Assembly (NCBI GenBank): GCA_031404455.1
Contig: JANNHP010000312.1
Coordinates: forward strand, 25,780 to 89,779
Direction: 5' to 3'
DNA: 64,000 bases
From: Planctomycetia bacterium
Lineage (GTDB): Bacteria > Planctomycetota > JAJSAM01 > JAJVHW01
In this document: one piece after another, positions 19,290-28,876 of the stretch
Numbering within the stretch: position 1 is the first letter of the stretch
How the letters are laid out: every line of letters starts with the position of its first letter
Notes under the pieces: model-generated
Database searches by the model: none
Told to the model about the DNA's origin: nothing
Seen by the model: only the letters and a program-made list of their open reading frames with translations
Program-made: the position numbers and the translations under genes

Positions 19290-19991
19290 CTACCGCTCGT
19301 CCGCAGCGCTGAACGCACGCCGTGCGGCCGCGACGAACGACTCGACGAGGTCGCGGCGCTTCCTGCCGTCCGGGCGCTCGACGCCGGTGTGGACGTCCAC
19401 GGCGGCGGGACGCACGCGGGCGACGGCGTCCATCACGTTCGCCGGGGTGAGTCCGCCCGCGAGGATGACCGGTCTGCCGCAAGTTTCGACGATCCGGGCG
19501 CTCTCCTTCCAGTCGTGCGTGCGCCCGGTGGCTCCGGTCGCGCCGGTCGCGGGATCGAAGGTGTCCGTGATGAATGCGTCGACGTGCGGAAGGCTCCGCT
19601 CGACCACGGCGTCGAGTTCGGCCGCGTTGCCGGGTCGCACGACGAGGCTCTTCACCACGAGGAGACGTGGAGAGGCGGCGCGCAGCCTCGCGAGCTCCGC
19701 CGTTTCGATGTCGCCGTGGACCTGCACCGCCGCGACGCCGAGGAATTGCGCGAGGTCGCGGATCGCCGTCGCCTCCGCGAGATACGTGATGAGGATCGCG
19801 CGCGTCGAGGACGGAAGTCGGGCGATGATCGCTCTCGCCTCCGACTCGGAGAGATCCTCCCTGTGCACGCTGAGGCGGAGCGGGAACCCCAGCCAGTCCA
19901 CGCCGCACGAGACGAGGAGTTCGGCCTCCTCGAGGTCGACGACGCCCGCGACCTGCACGGCGCCCTTGAACGGGTTCGCAGAGGGGCCCAC
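19290..19991 (-). CDS. trpF: Phosphoribosylanthranilate isomerase
   Basis: PRAI fold motifs (VQVAGVVDLEEAELLVSCGVDWLGF, AAVQVHGDIE, DTFDPATGATGATGRTHDW, ILAGGLTPANV). GTG start chosen; an alternative ATG lies at 20072. Confidence 0.75.
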   Translation of the reverse strand: MGPSANPFKGAVQVAGVVDLEEAELLVSCGVDWLGFPLRLSVHREDLSESEARAIIARLPSSTRAILITYLAEATAIRDLAQFLGVAAVQVHGDIETAELARLRAASPRLLVVKSLVVRPGNAAELDAVVERSLPHVDAFITDTFDPATGATGATGRTHDWKESARIVETCGRPVILAGGLTPANVMDAVARVRPAAVDVHTGVERPDGRKRRDLVESFVAAARRAFSAADER

Positions 19992-20127
19992 GACGTCAAT
20001 ATCGCACGGCGCAGTCCCGCTCTCCGAGCGCCGCGAAAATCCGCGCCCGGCCGCGGAACCGTCCACCAGCATGTGCGCCGACGGGTGCGGACGAGGCCCG
20101 ATGAACCGTGGGCGGGAGGTGTCGTGC

Positions 20128-20421
20128 ATGCCGAGGCACATGTCGAACGCGAATCGCATCGCCAAGCTCGCGGCAGAAGCGGCCGCGACCGCGGAAGAGA
20201 AGGCCCTGAAGAAGGCACAGCAGGCGGCGCAGCCGAAGCGGGCGCGCAAGCCGAGCGGGCCGAAGTCACCCGAGCGCATGAAGATCGTCTGGGCGGTGGG
20301 CGAGCCGGGCTCGGCGAACCCGAAGATCTTCCCCTACCCGGCGAAAGCCGCCGCCGACGCGGAGGCCGCTCGCCTCGGCAAGGGCAACGTCGTGAGGGCG
20401 CTGAAGGTCCCGATGGAGTAG
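20128..20421 (+). CDS. Small Lys/Ala-rich hypothetical protein
   Basis: 97 aa. Composition (KALKKAQQAAQPKRARKPSGPKSPERMKIVWAVGEP) is unlike GC-shadow ORFs. No homology assignable. Confidence 0.3.
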   Translation: MPRHMSNANRIAKLAAEAAATAEEKALKKAQQAAQPKRARKPSGPKSPERMKIVWAVGEPGSANPKIFPYPAKAAADAEAARLGKGNVVRALKVPME

Positions 20422-20520
20422 AGCCCGTCGCGAGGGATTGCCGAATCCCGGGCGTGGGATATCTTCCCCGCTCGCTCCGGGCGGGGTGCCCTGCGCGAAA
20501 GATCCCACCCGGAGGCATCC

Positions 20521-21069
20521 ATGAGGCTCGTCCGCGCCCTTGCCGTCCTCGTCGCGCTCGTCCTCGGTTCGAGCCCCGGATGGGCGCTCGGGGTCAACGG
20601 AGGCCTCGACTCCTTCGACAACGCGCTGCAGCTCGTCCGCACCAATGACACCGACCCCGCGCACCAGGCCGCGATCGACGAGGCGCGCGCGAAGCTCGCC
20701 GACCCGAAGATCACGACCGTCGAGAAGCAGGTGAAGGCGTTCGCGGCCGGGCTCGCGATCGTCGAGAAGAGCTACGGCACGCTCGACGCGTTCGCGACCG
20801 AGGGTGGATTCCTGACGTCGCAGCTCGTCGCGGGGATCGTCCTGCCCGTCTCGGTGCAGGGCGGCATGGCGCAGGGCGTGCTGCTCGAGTACCTGTCCAC
20901 CCCGCTCGCGATCGTCGGCCTCTCGAAGAAGCTCCTGAAGATCTCGAACGGGTTCGCGAAGGCGACCGACCCTGTCCAGACGCCGGACCTGAAGAAGCAG
21001 CTCAAGGGCGTCGCCAAGGCGTCGAAGCAGTTCGCGGCCTTCTACAAGCGCTACCACAAGACGAAGTAG
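20521..21069 (+). CDS. Secreted hypothetical protein
   Basis: 182 aa. N-terminal signal peptide (MRLVRALAVLVALVLGSSPGWALG), Lys-rich C-terminus. Confidence 0.55.
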   Translation: MRLVRALAVLVALVLGSSPGWALGVNGGLDSFDNALQLVRTNDTDPAHQAAIDEARAKLADPKITTVEKQVKAFAAGLAIVEKSYGTLDAFATEGGFLTSQLVAGIVLPVSVQGGMAQGVLLEYLSTPLAIVGLSKKLLKISNGFAKATDPVQTPDLKKQLKGVAKASKQFAAFYKRYHKTK

Positions 21070-21121
21070 CCGGACCGCAGCCTCGAAATCGGGCGCCCCC
21101 TTCCCCGTCCCGGGAAGGTCC

Positions 21122-22384
21122 GTGTACAGTCGCACGCGGACAGGACTTCTCAGGGAGGCCCGTATGGACGACTTCGACCTTCGGCTCGGCGGAGCCCGTA
21201 TCGGGAATCTGCGCAGGCGCGAACTCCTGCGGATGGCGGGACTCGCCGGCGTGAGCGTCGCGTCGGCGGCGGTGCTGGGTCGCGCGGCCGATGCCTTCGC
21301 CGCGCCCGACGCGCCGAAGGCGTCGCCGTACAAGACGAAGCACGTGATCCTCCTCGCGTTCGCCGGCGGCGTGCGCGCCCGCGAGGTCATCGGCGTGAAC
21401 TCGGCCGCGCCGAACCTCATGAAGATCGGCGAGAAGGGCTGCGTGATGCCCAACGTGAAGGCCGCGAACCTCGGCCACTACGGCGCCGCGCTCGCGATCT
21501 TCACCGGCTGTCCGGAAGCGCAGGGCATCCGCCAGAACTACCGCGGCGAGAGCCCGACGGTCTTCGAGTACCTGCGCAAGGACGCGGGGCTCCCCGCCGA
21601 CCAGGTGTGGCTCTCGACGACGGCGGGCGCCCAGACGATCAACTTCTCGTACAGCGAGCACGAGGACTACGGCGCGAAGTACGGCGCCAACCTCATCAGC
21701 ACCGACGGACTCTTCAACACCGAGTTCCGCAACCTCGTCTCGGGCTTCGGCAATGTCTCGCTGCCGACCGAGAAGGAGCAGCAGCAGGTCGCGGATCTTT
21801 CGAAGGCGCTCGATCCGAAGTTCCTGGAGGGCGTGAAGGACCGCTCGTTCGCGAACGACCCCGAGGCGGCGATGCGCATCCAGCGCTACATCCTCGAGGA
21901 GCTGAAGGGCGACACGGCCGACCTCACGGGCCCCGGTGCCGGCGACGCGAAGGCGATCCGCGTCGCGCGCAATCTCCTGCGCCTCTTCAAGCCGAAGGTC
22001 ATCGCGATCGTGCTGCAGAACGCCGACGTCGCGCACGGGAGCTACAACTCGTACGTGGAGGTCATCCGCCGCAACGACCAGGAGGTCGGGGCACTCTGGC
22101 AGTCGGTGCAGCAGGACACGGAGCTCCGGGACTCGACGTCGATGTTCGTCCTGCCCGAGTTCGGCCGCGACCACAACCTGAACGAGCGCAACGGACTCGA
22201 CCACGGCGACGGCTCCGAGGACCTGCAGAAGGTGTTCTGCATCGCCGCGGGCCCGGACTTCAAGCAGGGCAAGACCCTCCAGGCCGGCGCGAACTCGTTC
22301 GACGTCTGCCCCACCGTGGCGGAACTGCTCGGCGCGAAGACGCCGGAAGCGCGGGGCAAGTCGTTGAAGCAGCTCATGGCGTAG
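21122..22384 (+). CDS. DUF1501 family protein (sulfatase-like fold) with twin-arginine signal
   Basis: 420 aa. Tat motif RRRELLRMAGLAGVSVASAA. DUF1501 C-terminal signature (VLPEFGRDHNLNERNGLDHGDG). Confidence 0.75.
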   Translation: MYSRTRTGLLREARMDDFDLRLGGARIGNLRRRELLRMAGLAGVSVASAAVLGRAADAFAAPDAPKASPYKTKHVILLAFAGGVRAREVIGVNSAAPNLMKIGEKGCVMPNVKAANLGHYGAALAIFTGCPEAQGIRQNYRGESPTVFEYLRKDAGLPADQVWLSTTAGAQTINFSYSEHEDYGAKYGANLISTDGLFNTEFRNLVSGFGNVSLPTEKEQQQVADLSKALDPKFLEGVKDRSFANDPEAAMRIQRYILEELKGDTADLTGPGAGDAKAIRVARNLLRLFKPKVIAIVLQNADVAHGSYNSYVEVIRRNDQEVGALWQSVQQDTELRDSTSMFVLPEFGRDHNLNERNGLDHGDGSEDLQKVFCIAAGPDFKQGKTLQAGANSFDVCPTVAELLGAKTPEARGKSLKQLMA

Positions 22385-22387
22385 CCG

Positions 22388-25324
22388 GTGCGGGCACGAC
22401 CCGCTCTCGCGGCCCTCGTCGTCGCGCTCGCCGCGGCTTTCGCGGCGCCGCGCGGGGGACAGGCGGAGGGCGACCGTCCCGCCGCGGTGAACGGTTCCTG
22501 CGCGAACTGCCACACGGGCATCGAGGAGATGCACCCGTGGGCGCCGGTGAGCTGCGTGCAGTGCCACGGCGGCAACTCCGACGCGGCGACGAAGGAGACG
22601 GCGCACGTCACGCAGGGACGCCGCGCTCCCGGCGACGAACGCGTCCTTGCTCCGGGCTTCGAGCCGGAAGCCTCGCGGTTCCTCGACCCGGGAAGTCTCC
22701 GCGCCGCGCCGCAGAGCTGCGGACCGTGCCACGAACGCGCGGTCTACGACGTGACGCACTCTCTCCACGCGACGACTTCGGGTCACCTCGGCGACGGTCT
22801 CTACGAGAACGGCGTCGTGCCCGATCGCCATCCGCGTGTCTCCATCTTCGACGTGAAGGACGAACTCCCCGCCGCTACGCCACGCCCGAAGGAGGCGCTG
22901 CCCTCGCTGAAGCAGATCGAGGCGTTCCAGGCCGCCGGCGACCGCGAGAAGGCCTCGACTCACTTCACCGACCTGCCTCGCAAGACGTGCATGCAGTGTC
23001 ATCTCTGGTCGCACGGACGCGCGGTCCGCGGTCGCGCCGGGATGGACGGCGACTACCGCGGCGAGGGCTGCGGCGCCTGCCACACGCCCTACGCCGACGA
23101 CGGTCTCTCGACGTCGCGCGATCCCACGATCGACAAGTACGAGCCGGGCCATCCGCGCCGTCACGAGATGGTGAAGTTCCCCACCACCGACACGTGCACG
23201 CGGTGCCACTACGGCGATGCGTCGATCGGCCTCTCGTTCCGCGGGCTCGCGCAGCCGGTGCCCGGAATGCCGCAGACGCCCGACGCACCGGGGCTCCACC
23301 GGAAGCGGATGAACGGCGTCTACTACATCGCGGATCCCGCCGCGACGCCCGCCGACGTCCACCACCAGCGCGGGATGCACTGCGTCGACTGCCACACGCG
23401 CAACGACGCGATGGGCGACGGGTTCCTCTACTCGCGGATGGAGGACGCCGTCGAGATATCGTGCGAGGGGTGCCACGGCTCCGCCGGCGAGTACGCGAGC
23501 AGCGTGACGCGCCGCGGCACGCGGCTCACGAACCTCGTGAGGAAGGGCACGGCGGAGTCGCCGGAGTACTTCCTCGAGGGGCGCATCGACGGGAAGCTCC
23601 ACCGCGTGAAGCAGTCGCGCGACGTCGTGCGCCCCGGCAGCGCCGACTTCAACGCGCAGGCCGCTCTCGCGATGACGGGCGACCACGCGCGGCTCGAGTG
23701 CTACGCGTGCCACAGCGGGTGGAACCCGAACTTCTTCGGCTTCCACTTCGACAGGAACGAGCAGTTCACGCAGCTCGACCTCATCTCGGCGCAGCGCACG
23801 CAGGGACGCGCCACGACGCAGGAGAAGGTGTTCTCCACGTTCAAGAGCTTCTACCTCGGCTGGAACAGCCACGGCCGGATCGCGCCGTACATGGTCGGCT
23901 TCTCCACGATGGCGACCGCGCACGACAAGGACGGCGGACTGCTCCTCGACCAGGCGCTCCCCGTGACGCGCGCCGGTCTCTCGGGCATGACGATGATCCA
24001 TCACCAGACGCACACGACGACGGCGCGCGCGCGTCTCTGCGTGGAATGCCACCGCGCGCCGGCGACGTTCGGACGCGGCTCCGTGAACTTCCGGCTGATG
24101 CGGAACTTCATCGTCACGGGCGGCGACACCGGCGTGCGCACGCTGTCGCTCGACAGAAAGTCGCCGGGCGACACGTCGCTGCTCTCGGCACTGCCCGTCG
24201 CGTCGGTCCGCGCGCTGGCGCTCGTCTCGAACCGTGTGACGGGCCGCAGCGAGTGGGCGTACGCCGCGTCGGCGACGGGATCACTCGCGGCGTGCGACGT
24301 GTCGAGTCCGGGCTTCCCGCGGATCGCGTCGTCGCTCGACGCCGCCGCGAAGGACCCGCAGGCGCTCGTCGCCGCGGCGTCGCGTCTCTACCTCGCCGAC
24401 GGCGAGAACGGCGTGACGATCTTCGACATCTCCATTGCGTCGCGCCCGAAGCAGATCGCTCGCGTGCCGGACGTGCCCGCGTACGGACTCTGGCTCGACG
24501 GGACGACGCTCCACGTCGCCGCCGGCAACCGCGGACTCGCCGCGATCGACGTGCGCGACGCAAAGACGCCGCGCATCGTCCATCCCGGCTTCGACCTGAA
24601 CGGCGAGGACACGGCGCCGACGTTCGTCTCGCGCATCTGCGTGCTCTTCCAGTACAGCCGTCCGAACCAGAACGTGCTCGAGGCGCCGCGCACGACGCCG
24701 CGCGCGCTCGCCGTCATCGGCACGCGCGACGCGTCGGTGTGGCTCGTCGACGTGACGGAGCCCGCGATGCCGAGCGTGCTCGCGCCGCTCGGCGGGGCGC
24801 GCGCGGTGCGCGTGCCGGTGACCGACGTGGCGATCGCGACGCTCTACGAGCTCGGAAGCGAGGGCGGCGCCATCGCGACCGACGAGCGCGACTGCGCCTT
24901 CGTGCTGTTCGAGCAGGGCGGGCCGCAACTCCTCGTCCTCGACGTGACCGATCCCGTGCAGTCGAAGTTCAGAGGCGTCGTCTCGCTGCGCGCGCAGACG
25001 CGCGCGATCCGGGTCGCGCGCGTCTACAACCCGCCATTCCTCCAGACGTTCGTAGTGGCCGTCGGGGCACTCGGTACGCAGATCGTGGACGTGTCGAAGC
25101 CCGACACCCCGACCGTCGTCGCCAGCCTCGCCACGCCGCTCAACGCGTTCGCGATCGAGCTCGAGGAGTTCCCGCTCGACCGCACGGTCGACGCGGACGG
25201 GCGGCCGATCATGGACGTGAGCCACGAGGGAGCCCGCTGGCTCGACCAGCAGGAACTCGAACGCGTTCTTCATGTACCATCGTTCTGGTCGATGCCGGCG
25301 ACCCCCGGAGGGACGAAGCGATGA
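22388..25324 (+). CDS. Decaheme c-type cytochrome fused to LVIVD-repeat beta-propeller
   Basis: 978 aa. Signal peptide. Ten CxxCH motifs (CANCH, CVQCH, CGPCH, CMQCH, CGACH, CTRCH, CVDCH, CEGCH, CYACH, CVECH). C-terminal ~380 aa with LVIVD-type repeats (LYLADGENGVTIFDIS, LHVAAGNRGLAAIDV). 4 nt after the DUF1501 stop. Confidence 0.8.
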   Translation: MRARPALAALVVALAAAFAAPRGGQAEGDRPAAVNGSCANCHTGIEEMHPWAPVSCVQCHGGNSDAATKETAHVTQGRRAPGDERVLAPGFEPEASRFLDPGSLRAAPQSCGPCHERAVYDVTHSLHATTSGHLGDGLYENGVVPDRHPRVSIFDVKDELPAATPRPKEALPSLKQIEAFQAAGDREKASTHFTDLPRKTCMQCHLWSHGRAVRGRAGMDGDYRGEGCGACHTPYADDGLSTSRDPTIDKYEPGHPRRHEMVKFPTTDTCTRCHYGDASIGLSFRGLAQPVPGMPQTPDAPGLHRKRMNGVYYIADPAATPADVHHQRGMHCVDCHTRNDAMGDGFLYSRMEDAVEISCEGCHGSAGEYASSVTRRGTRLTNLVRKGTAESPEYFLEGRIDGKLHRVKQSRDVVRPGSADFNAQAALAMTGDHARLECYACHSGWNPNFFGFHFDRNEQFTQLDLISAQRTQGRATTQEKVFSTFKSFYLGWNSHGRIAPYMVGFSTMATAHDKDGGLLLDQALPVTRAGLSGMTMIHHQTHTTTARARLCVECHRAPATFGRGSVNFRLMRNFIVTGGDTGVRTLSLDRKSPGDTSLLSALPVASVRALALVSNRVTGRSEWAYAASATGSLAACDVSSPGFPRIASSLDAAAKDPQALVAAASRLYLADGENGVTIFDISIASRPKQIARVPDVPAYGLWLDGTTLHVAAGNRGLAAIDVRDAKTPRIVHPGFDLNGEDTAPTFVSRICVLFQYSRPNQNVLEAPRTTPRALAVIGTRDASVWLVDVTEPAMPSVLAPLGGARAVRVPVTDVAIATLYELGSEGGAIATDERDCAFVLFEQGGPQLLVLDVTDPVQSKFRGVVSLRAQTRAIRVARVYNPPFLQTFVVAVGALGTQIVDVSKPDTPTVVASLATPLNAFAIELEEFPLDRTVDADGRPIMDVSHEGARWLDQQELERVLHVPSFWSMPATPGGTKR

Positions 25325-26157
25325 CGAAGCGGATGACTGCGATCCTCGTGGGACTCCTCGCGGCGAGCGCCGCGGCGGGCGACGAGCCGAAGATGGACGG
25401 CAAGCCCGCGGCGGACACGCGCACGAAGGCGGAGATCCTCGCCGACGCACAGAAGCAGTTCGGGAAGGCCGACGCCAACGGCGACGGCTGCCTGAAGGGC
25501 GACGAGATCGTGAAGGGCTGGGTCGAACGCTACGACCTCGACGCCGACGGGAGGGTCAGCCGAACCGAGTTCCTCGACATCTCGACGCGCCCGCCGAAGC
25601 TGCGCCACCCGTCGCCGATGCGCGACACCGTCGCGCGCGCGCGCCTGAACATGACGACGTTCGACAAGAACAAGGACGGGATCATCCAGAAGGACGAGTA
25701 CCCGGGCGACCAGGTGAAGTTCCGCAAGTTCGACCGTAACAAGGACGGCGCGCTCTCGCTCGCGGAGACGATGACGATGGCGGACGAGGAGATCGCCGAC
25801 ATCCGCGACAAGATGAAGAGCCCGAACCGCTACGAGTTCCTCGTGCTCTTCGACGTCGATGGCGACAACAGCGTCTCGCAGGACGAGTACGACGGCCCCT
25901 CGGCCGAGTTCAAGCGCTACGACAAGGACTCGGACGGCGTCGTGACGTACGACGAGCTCTATCCGGAGCGCATGATGGACCGGATGAAGAAGTACGAGGA
26001 CATGGGCCCGAAGCCCGAGGACCTTTCGATCTTGGAGACGATGGACAAGGACAAGGACGGCAAGGTCACGCGCTCCGAGTTCAAGGGCACCGACGACGCG
26101 TGGAAGCGCCTCGACAGGAACAGCGACGGAGTCGTCACGATCGCCGACGCGCGCTGA
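25321..26157 (+). CDS. Secreted multi-EF-hand calcium-binding protein
   Basis: 278 aa. Signal peptide. Eight DxDxDG-type loops (DANGDGCL, DLDADGRVS, DKNKDGII, DRNKDGAL, DVDGDNSVS, DKDSDGVVT, DKDKDGKVT, DRNSDGVVT). Start overlaps the cytochrome stop (ATGA). Confidence 0.8.
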   Translation: MTKRMTAILVGLLAASAAAGDEPKMDGKPAADTRTKAEILADAQKQFGKADANGDGCLKGDEIVKGWVERYDLDADGRVSRTEFLDISTRPPKLRHPSPMRDTVARARLNMTTFDKNKDGIIQKDEYPGDQVKFRKFDRNKDGALSLAETMTMADEEIADIRDKMKSPNRYEFLVLFDVDGDNSVSQDEYDGPSAEFKRYDKDSDGVVTYDELYPERMMDRMKKYEDMGPKPEDLSILETMDKDKDGKVTRSEFKGTDDAWKRLDRNSDGVVTIADAR

Positions 26158-27075
26158 TCAGCGGATCCCGAACATCGCCTTGAACACGTGCCCCGCGACC
26201 GCGGGGTTCTCCCTGAGGCGGCGCGTGCTGTAGCCGTACCACGCCTCGCCGTACGGCACGTAGATGCGCACGCGGTGGCCTTTCGCGAGGATCTCGTCGC
26301 GGAGCCACTCGCGCACACCGAGCAGCATCTGGAACTCGTAGCGCTCCTTCGGCGTCGCGAGTTCCGCGAGGAGCGACATCGCGTGCTCGACGAGCACCTC
26401 GTCGTGCGTCGCGATCGCGACCCTGCCGCTGCCGCGCAGCAGCGCCTCGAGGTTTCGCCGGTAGCTCGCGCGGATCTCCTCGCGGTCGTGGTACGTCACC
26501 TCCGGCGCCTCGCGGTAGATGCCCTTGCAGAGACGCACGGGCACGCCCTCGGCCGCGAGCTTCGCGACGTCGGCGTCGGTGCGGCGCATGTACGCCTGGA
26601 TCACGCAGCCGACGGGGAGCCCCTGCGATCGAAGTGACCGCACGAGCGCCAGCGTCCGGTCCGTGTACGGCGAGTTCTCCATGTCGATGCGCAGGAAGCC
26701 GACCTTCGCCGCGGCCTGCCGCGCGAGCACCGTGACGAGTTCGCAGCACACGGCGTCGTCGAGGCCGAGGCCGAACGCCGTGAGCTTCACCGAGACGTTG
26801 GCGCGCAGTCCCTCGCCGGCGATCGCGTCGATCATCCGGCCGTACTCCGCCGCGGTCGAGCGCGCCTCGGAGATGTCGGTGATGAACTCGCCGAGCACGT
26901 CCACCGTCGCCTCGGCGCCCTTCGCGTTCAGCTCGCGGATGACGCGAACGGCATCGGCGATCGTCTCGCCGGCGATGTAGCGGCGCGCCACGAGGCCCAC
27001 GACGAACCTCGGAGTGACGGGAAGCGCCGCGGCGACCAGCCGGTCGAGGACTGACATCGGACGAGGGATAGTCAT
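26158..27075 (-). CDS. Proline dehydrogenase family protein
   Basis: 305 aa from internal Met (MTIPRPMSV). ProDH family similarity over its length (VDVLGEFITD.., RIDMENSPYTDRT, IQAYMRRTDAD). Confidence 0.8.
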   Translation of the reverse strand: MTIPRPMSVLDRLVAAALPVTPRFVVGLVARRYIAGETIADAVRVIRELNAKGAEATVDVLGEFITDISEARSTAAEYGRMIDAIAGEGLRANVSVKLTAFGLGLDDAVCCELVTVLARQAAAKVGFLRIDMENSPYTDRTLALVRSLRSQGLPVGCVIQAYMRRTDADVAKLAAEGVPVRLCKGIYREAPEVTYHDREEIRASYRRNLEALLRGSGRVAIATHDEVLVEHAMSLLAELATPKERYEFQMLLGVREWLRDEILAKGHRVRIYVPYGEAWYGYSTRRLRENPAVAGHVFKAMFGIR

Positions 27076-27129
27076 GCGCCGCGACCGCGCGAAGAGGAAT
27101 CGCCGCGCGCGCGGCCGTAACCTCCGTCG

Positions 27130-28803
27130 ATGGCGCTGGTCCTCGGCCTGAACTCCACGCACGACGCCGCCGCGGCACTGCTCAAGGACGGCGAGATCGT
27201 CATGGCGGTCGAGGAGGAGCGCCTCTCGCGCGTGAAACACCACTTCGGGATGCCCCGGCGCGCGGTCGCGGCGTGCGTCGCGGCCGCGGGCGCATCCATC
27301 GAGGACGTGGAGCACGCGGCCTTCTACATGAACGCGCGGAAGTGGCTCACCGTCAACGCGATCCACTTCCTCCGGAACTTCCCCGCGAGCCGGCGGTACC
27401 TCGCGAGGAAGCCAGCACTCTGGCGCAGCTTCGTCGGCGTCGAGCGGAGCATTCGCGAGGAGACGGGCTTCCGCGGGCGCCTGCACTTCGTCGACCATCA
27501 CACCGCGCACATCGAGAGCGCCTTCTGGCCGAGCGGCTTCAGCGAGGCCGCCGCGCTGACGATCGACGGCGCGGGCGAGGCAGAGACGACGGTCCTCGCT
27601 CGCGTCGACGAACGCGCGCTGACTCGTCTCCACACCGCGCGGTATCCGATCTCGGTCGGGAAGGTGTGGGAGACCGTCAGCGACTGGCTCGGCTGGATGC
27701 CCACGCGCGACGAGGGCAAGGTGATGGGACTCGCGCCGTACGGCGACGACCGGTTCGTCGCGCGCTTCGCCAAGGTCCTCGCGCCGCGCGACGACGGCAC
27801 GTTCCACCAGGGCCTCGAGTACTTCTCGTTCCAGCGCGGCGGGCCGCGCTTCTTCTCCGAGCGATTCGTCGCGGAGTTCGGCGCGCCGCGCCCGGTGGAC
27901 GGCGAACTCCTCGACCATCACCGCGCCGTCGCTTTCGCGCTGCAACGGCAGACGGAGGAGGTCGTGCTCGCCCTCGCGCGGCGACTTCGCGACGAGACGA
28001 AGCTCCCCCGCCTCGTGATGGCCGGCGGCGTCGCGCTGAACTGCGTCGCGAACGGACGCCTGGTGCGCGAGCGCGTCTTCGACGACGTCTTCGTGCAACC
28101 CGCCGCCGGCGACGACGGCGCGTGCCTCGGCGCGGCGTTCCACGTTTCACACCGGCGACTCGGCATCGCGCGCGCGAGCGCGATGCGGCACGCTTTCCAC
28201 GGACCCGAGTTCGACGAGACGGCGACGCTCGCCGCCGCGGCGGTGCGCGGGCTCGTGCCCGAGCGGCCCGCCGACGTCGTCGCGGAGACCGCGCGGATGC
28301 TCGCTTCCGGCGCCATCGTGGGATGGATGCAGGGCCGCATGGAGTACGGTCCGCGCGCTCTCGGCCATCGCTCGATCCTCGCGAACCCGTCCGATCCGAA
28401 CGCGAAGGACGTCGTCAATCGCCTGGTGAAGTTCCGCGAGGGGTTCCGTCCCTTCGCCCCCGCGGTGCCGCTCGAACGCGCCGGCGAGTGGTTCGAGGAC
28501 GCGCGGCCGTCTCCGTACATGCTGCTCTCGTTCCTGGTGCGACCGCAGTTGCGCTCTCGGCTCCCCGGAGTGACGCACGTGGACGGTTCCTCGCGCGTGC
28601 AGACCGTGGCGCGCGAGGACGATCCGCGCTTCCACGGCCTGCTCGCGGCGTTCGGCGGGATCACGGGCGTGCCCGTCCTGCTCAACACGTCGTTCAACGT
28701 TCGCGGCGAGCCGATCGTCTGCTCCCCCGCCGAGGCGCTCGACGCACTCGGTCGGACGGGACTCTCGGCCGTGGTCGTCGGCGATCTGATCTTCCGGAAA
28801 TAG
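27130..28803 (+). CDS. Carbamoyltransferase (NodU/CmcH family)
   Basis: 557 aa. N-terminal LGLNSTHDAAAALLKDGEIVMAVEEERLSRVKH and C-terminal carbamoyltransferase domain (MEYGPRALGHRSIL). Confidence 0.85.
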   Translation: MALVLGLNSTHDAAAALLKDGEIVMAVEEERLSRVKHHFGMPRRAVAACVAAAGASIEDVEHAAFYMNARKWLTVNAIHFLRNFPASRRYLARKPALWRSFVGVERSIREETGFRGRLHFVDHHTAHIESAFWPSGFSEAAALTIDGAGEAETTVLARVDERALTRLHTARYPISVGKVWETVSDWLGWMPTRDEGKVMGLAPYGDDRFVARFAKVLAPRDDGTFHQGLEYFSFQRGGPRFFSERFVAEFGAPRPVDGELLDHHRAVAFALQRQTEEVVLALARRLRDETKLPRLVMAGGVALNCVANGRLVRERVFDDVFVQPAAGDDGACLGAAFHVSHRRLGIARASAMRHAFHGPEFDETATLAAAAVRGLVPERPADVVAETARMLASGAIVGWMQGRMEYGPRALGHRSILANPSDPNAKDVVNRLVKFREGFRPFAPAVPLERAGEWFEDARPSPYMLLSFLVRPQLRSRLPGVTHVDGSSRVQTVAREDDPRFHGLLAAFGGITGVPVLLNTSFNVRGEPIVCSPAEALDALGRTGLSAVVVGDLIFRK

Positions 28804-28876
28804 GCCGGACGCCGGGGTACGCCGCTCCTAGAATCCGCGCCCCGTTCCTCGCGCGTTTCCACAGGAGTGATCCGAC

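Noticed and set aside
21607-26157. 1516-aa plus-strand ORF spanning DUF1501, the cytochrome and the EF-hand genes
   Set aside because: Its translation is Arg/Gly-rich nonsense for most of its length. Only its last 278 codons (25321-26157) correspond to the EF-hand gene. The other genes are in a different frame with strong domain evidence.
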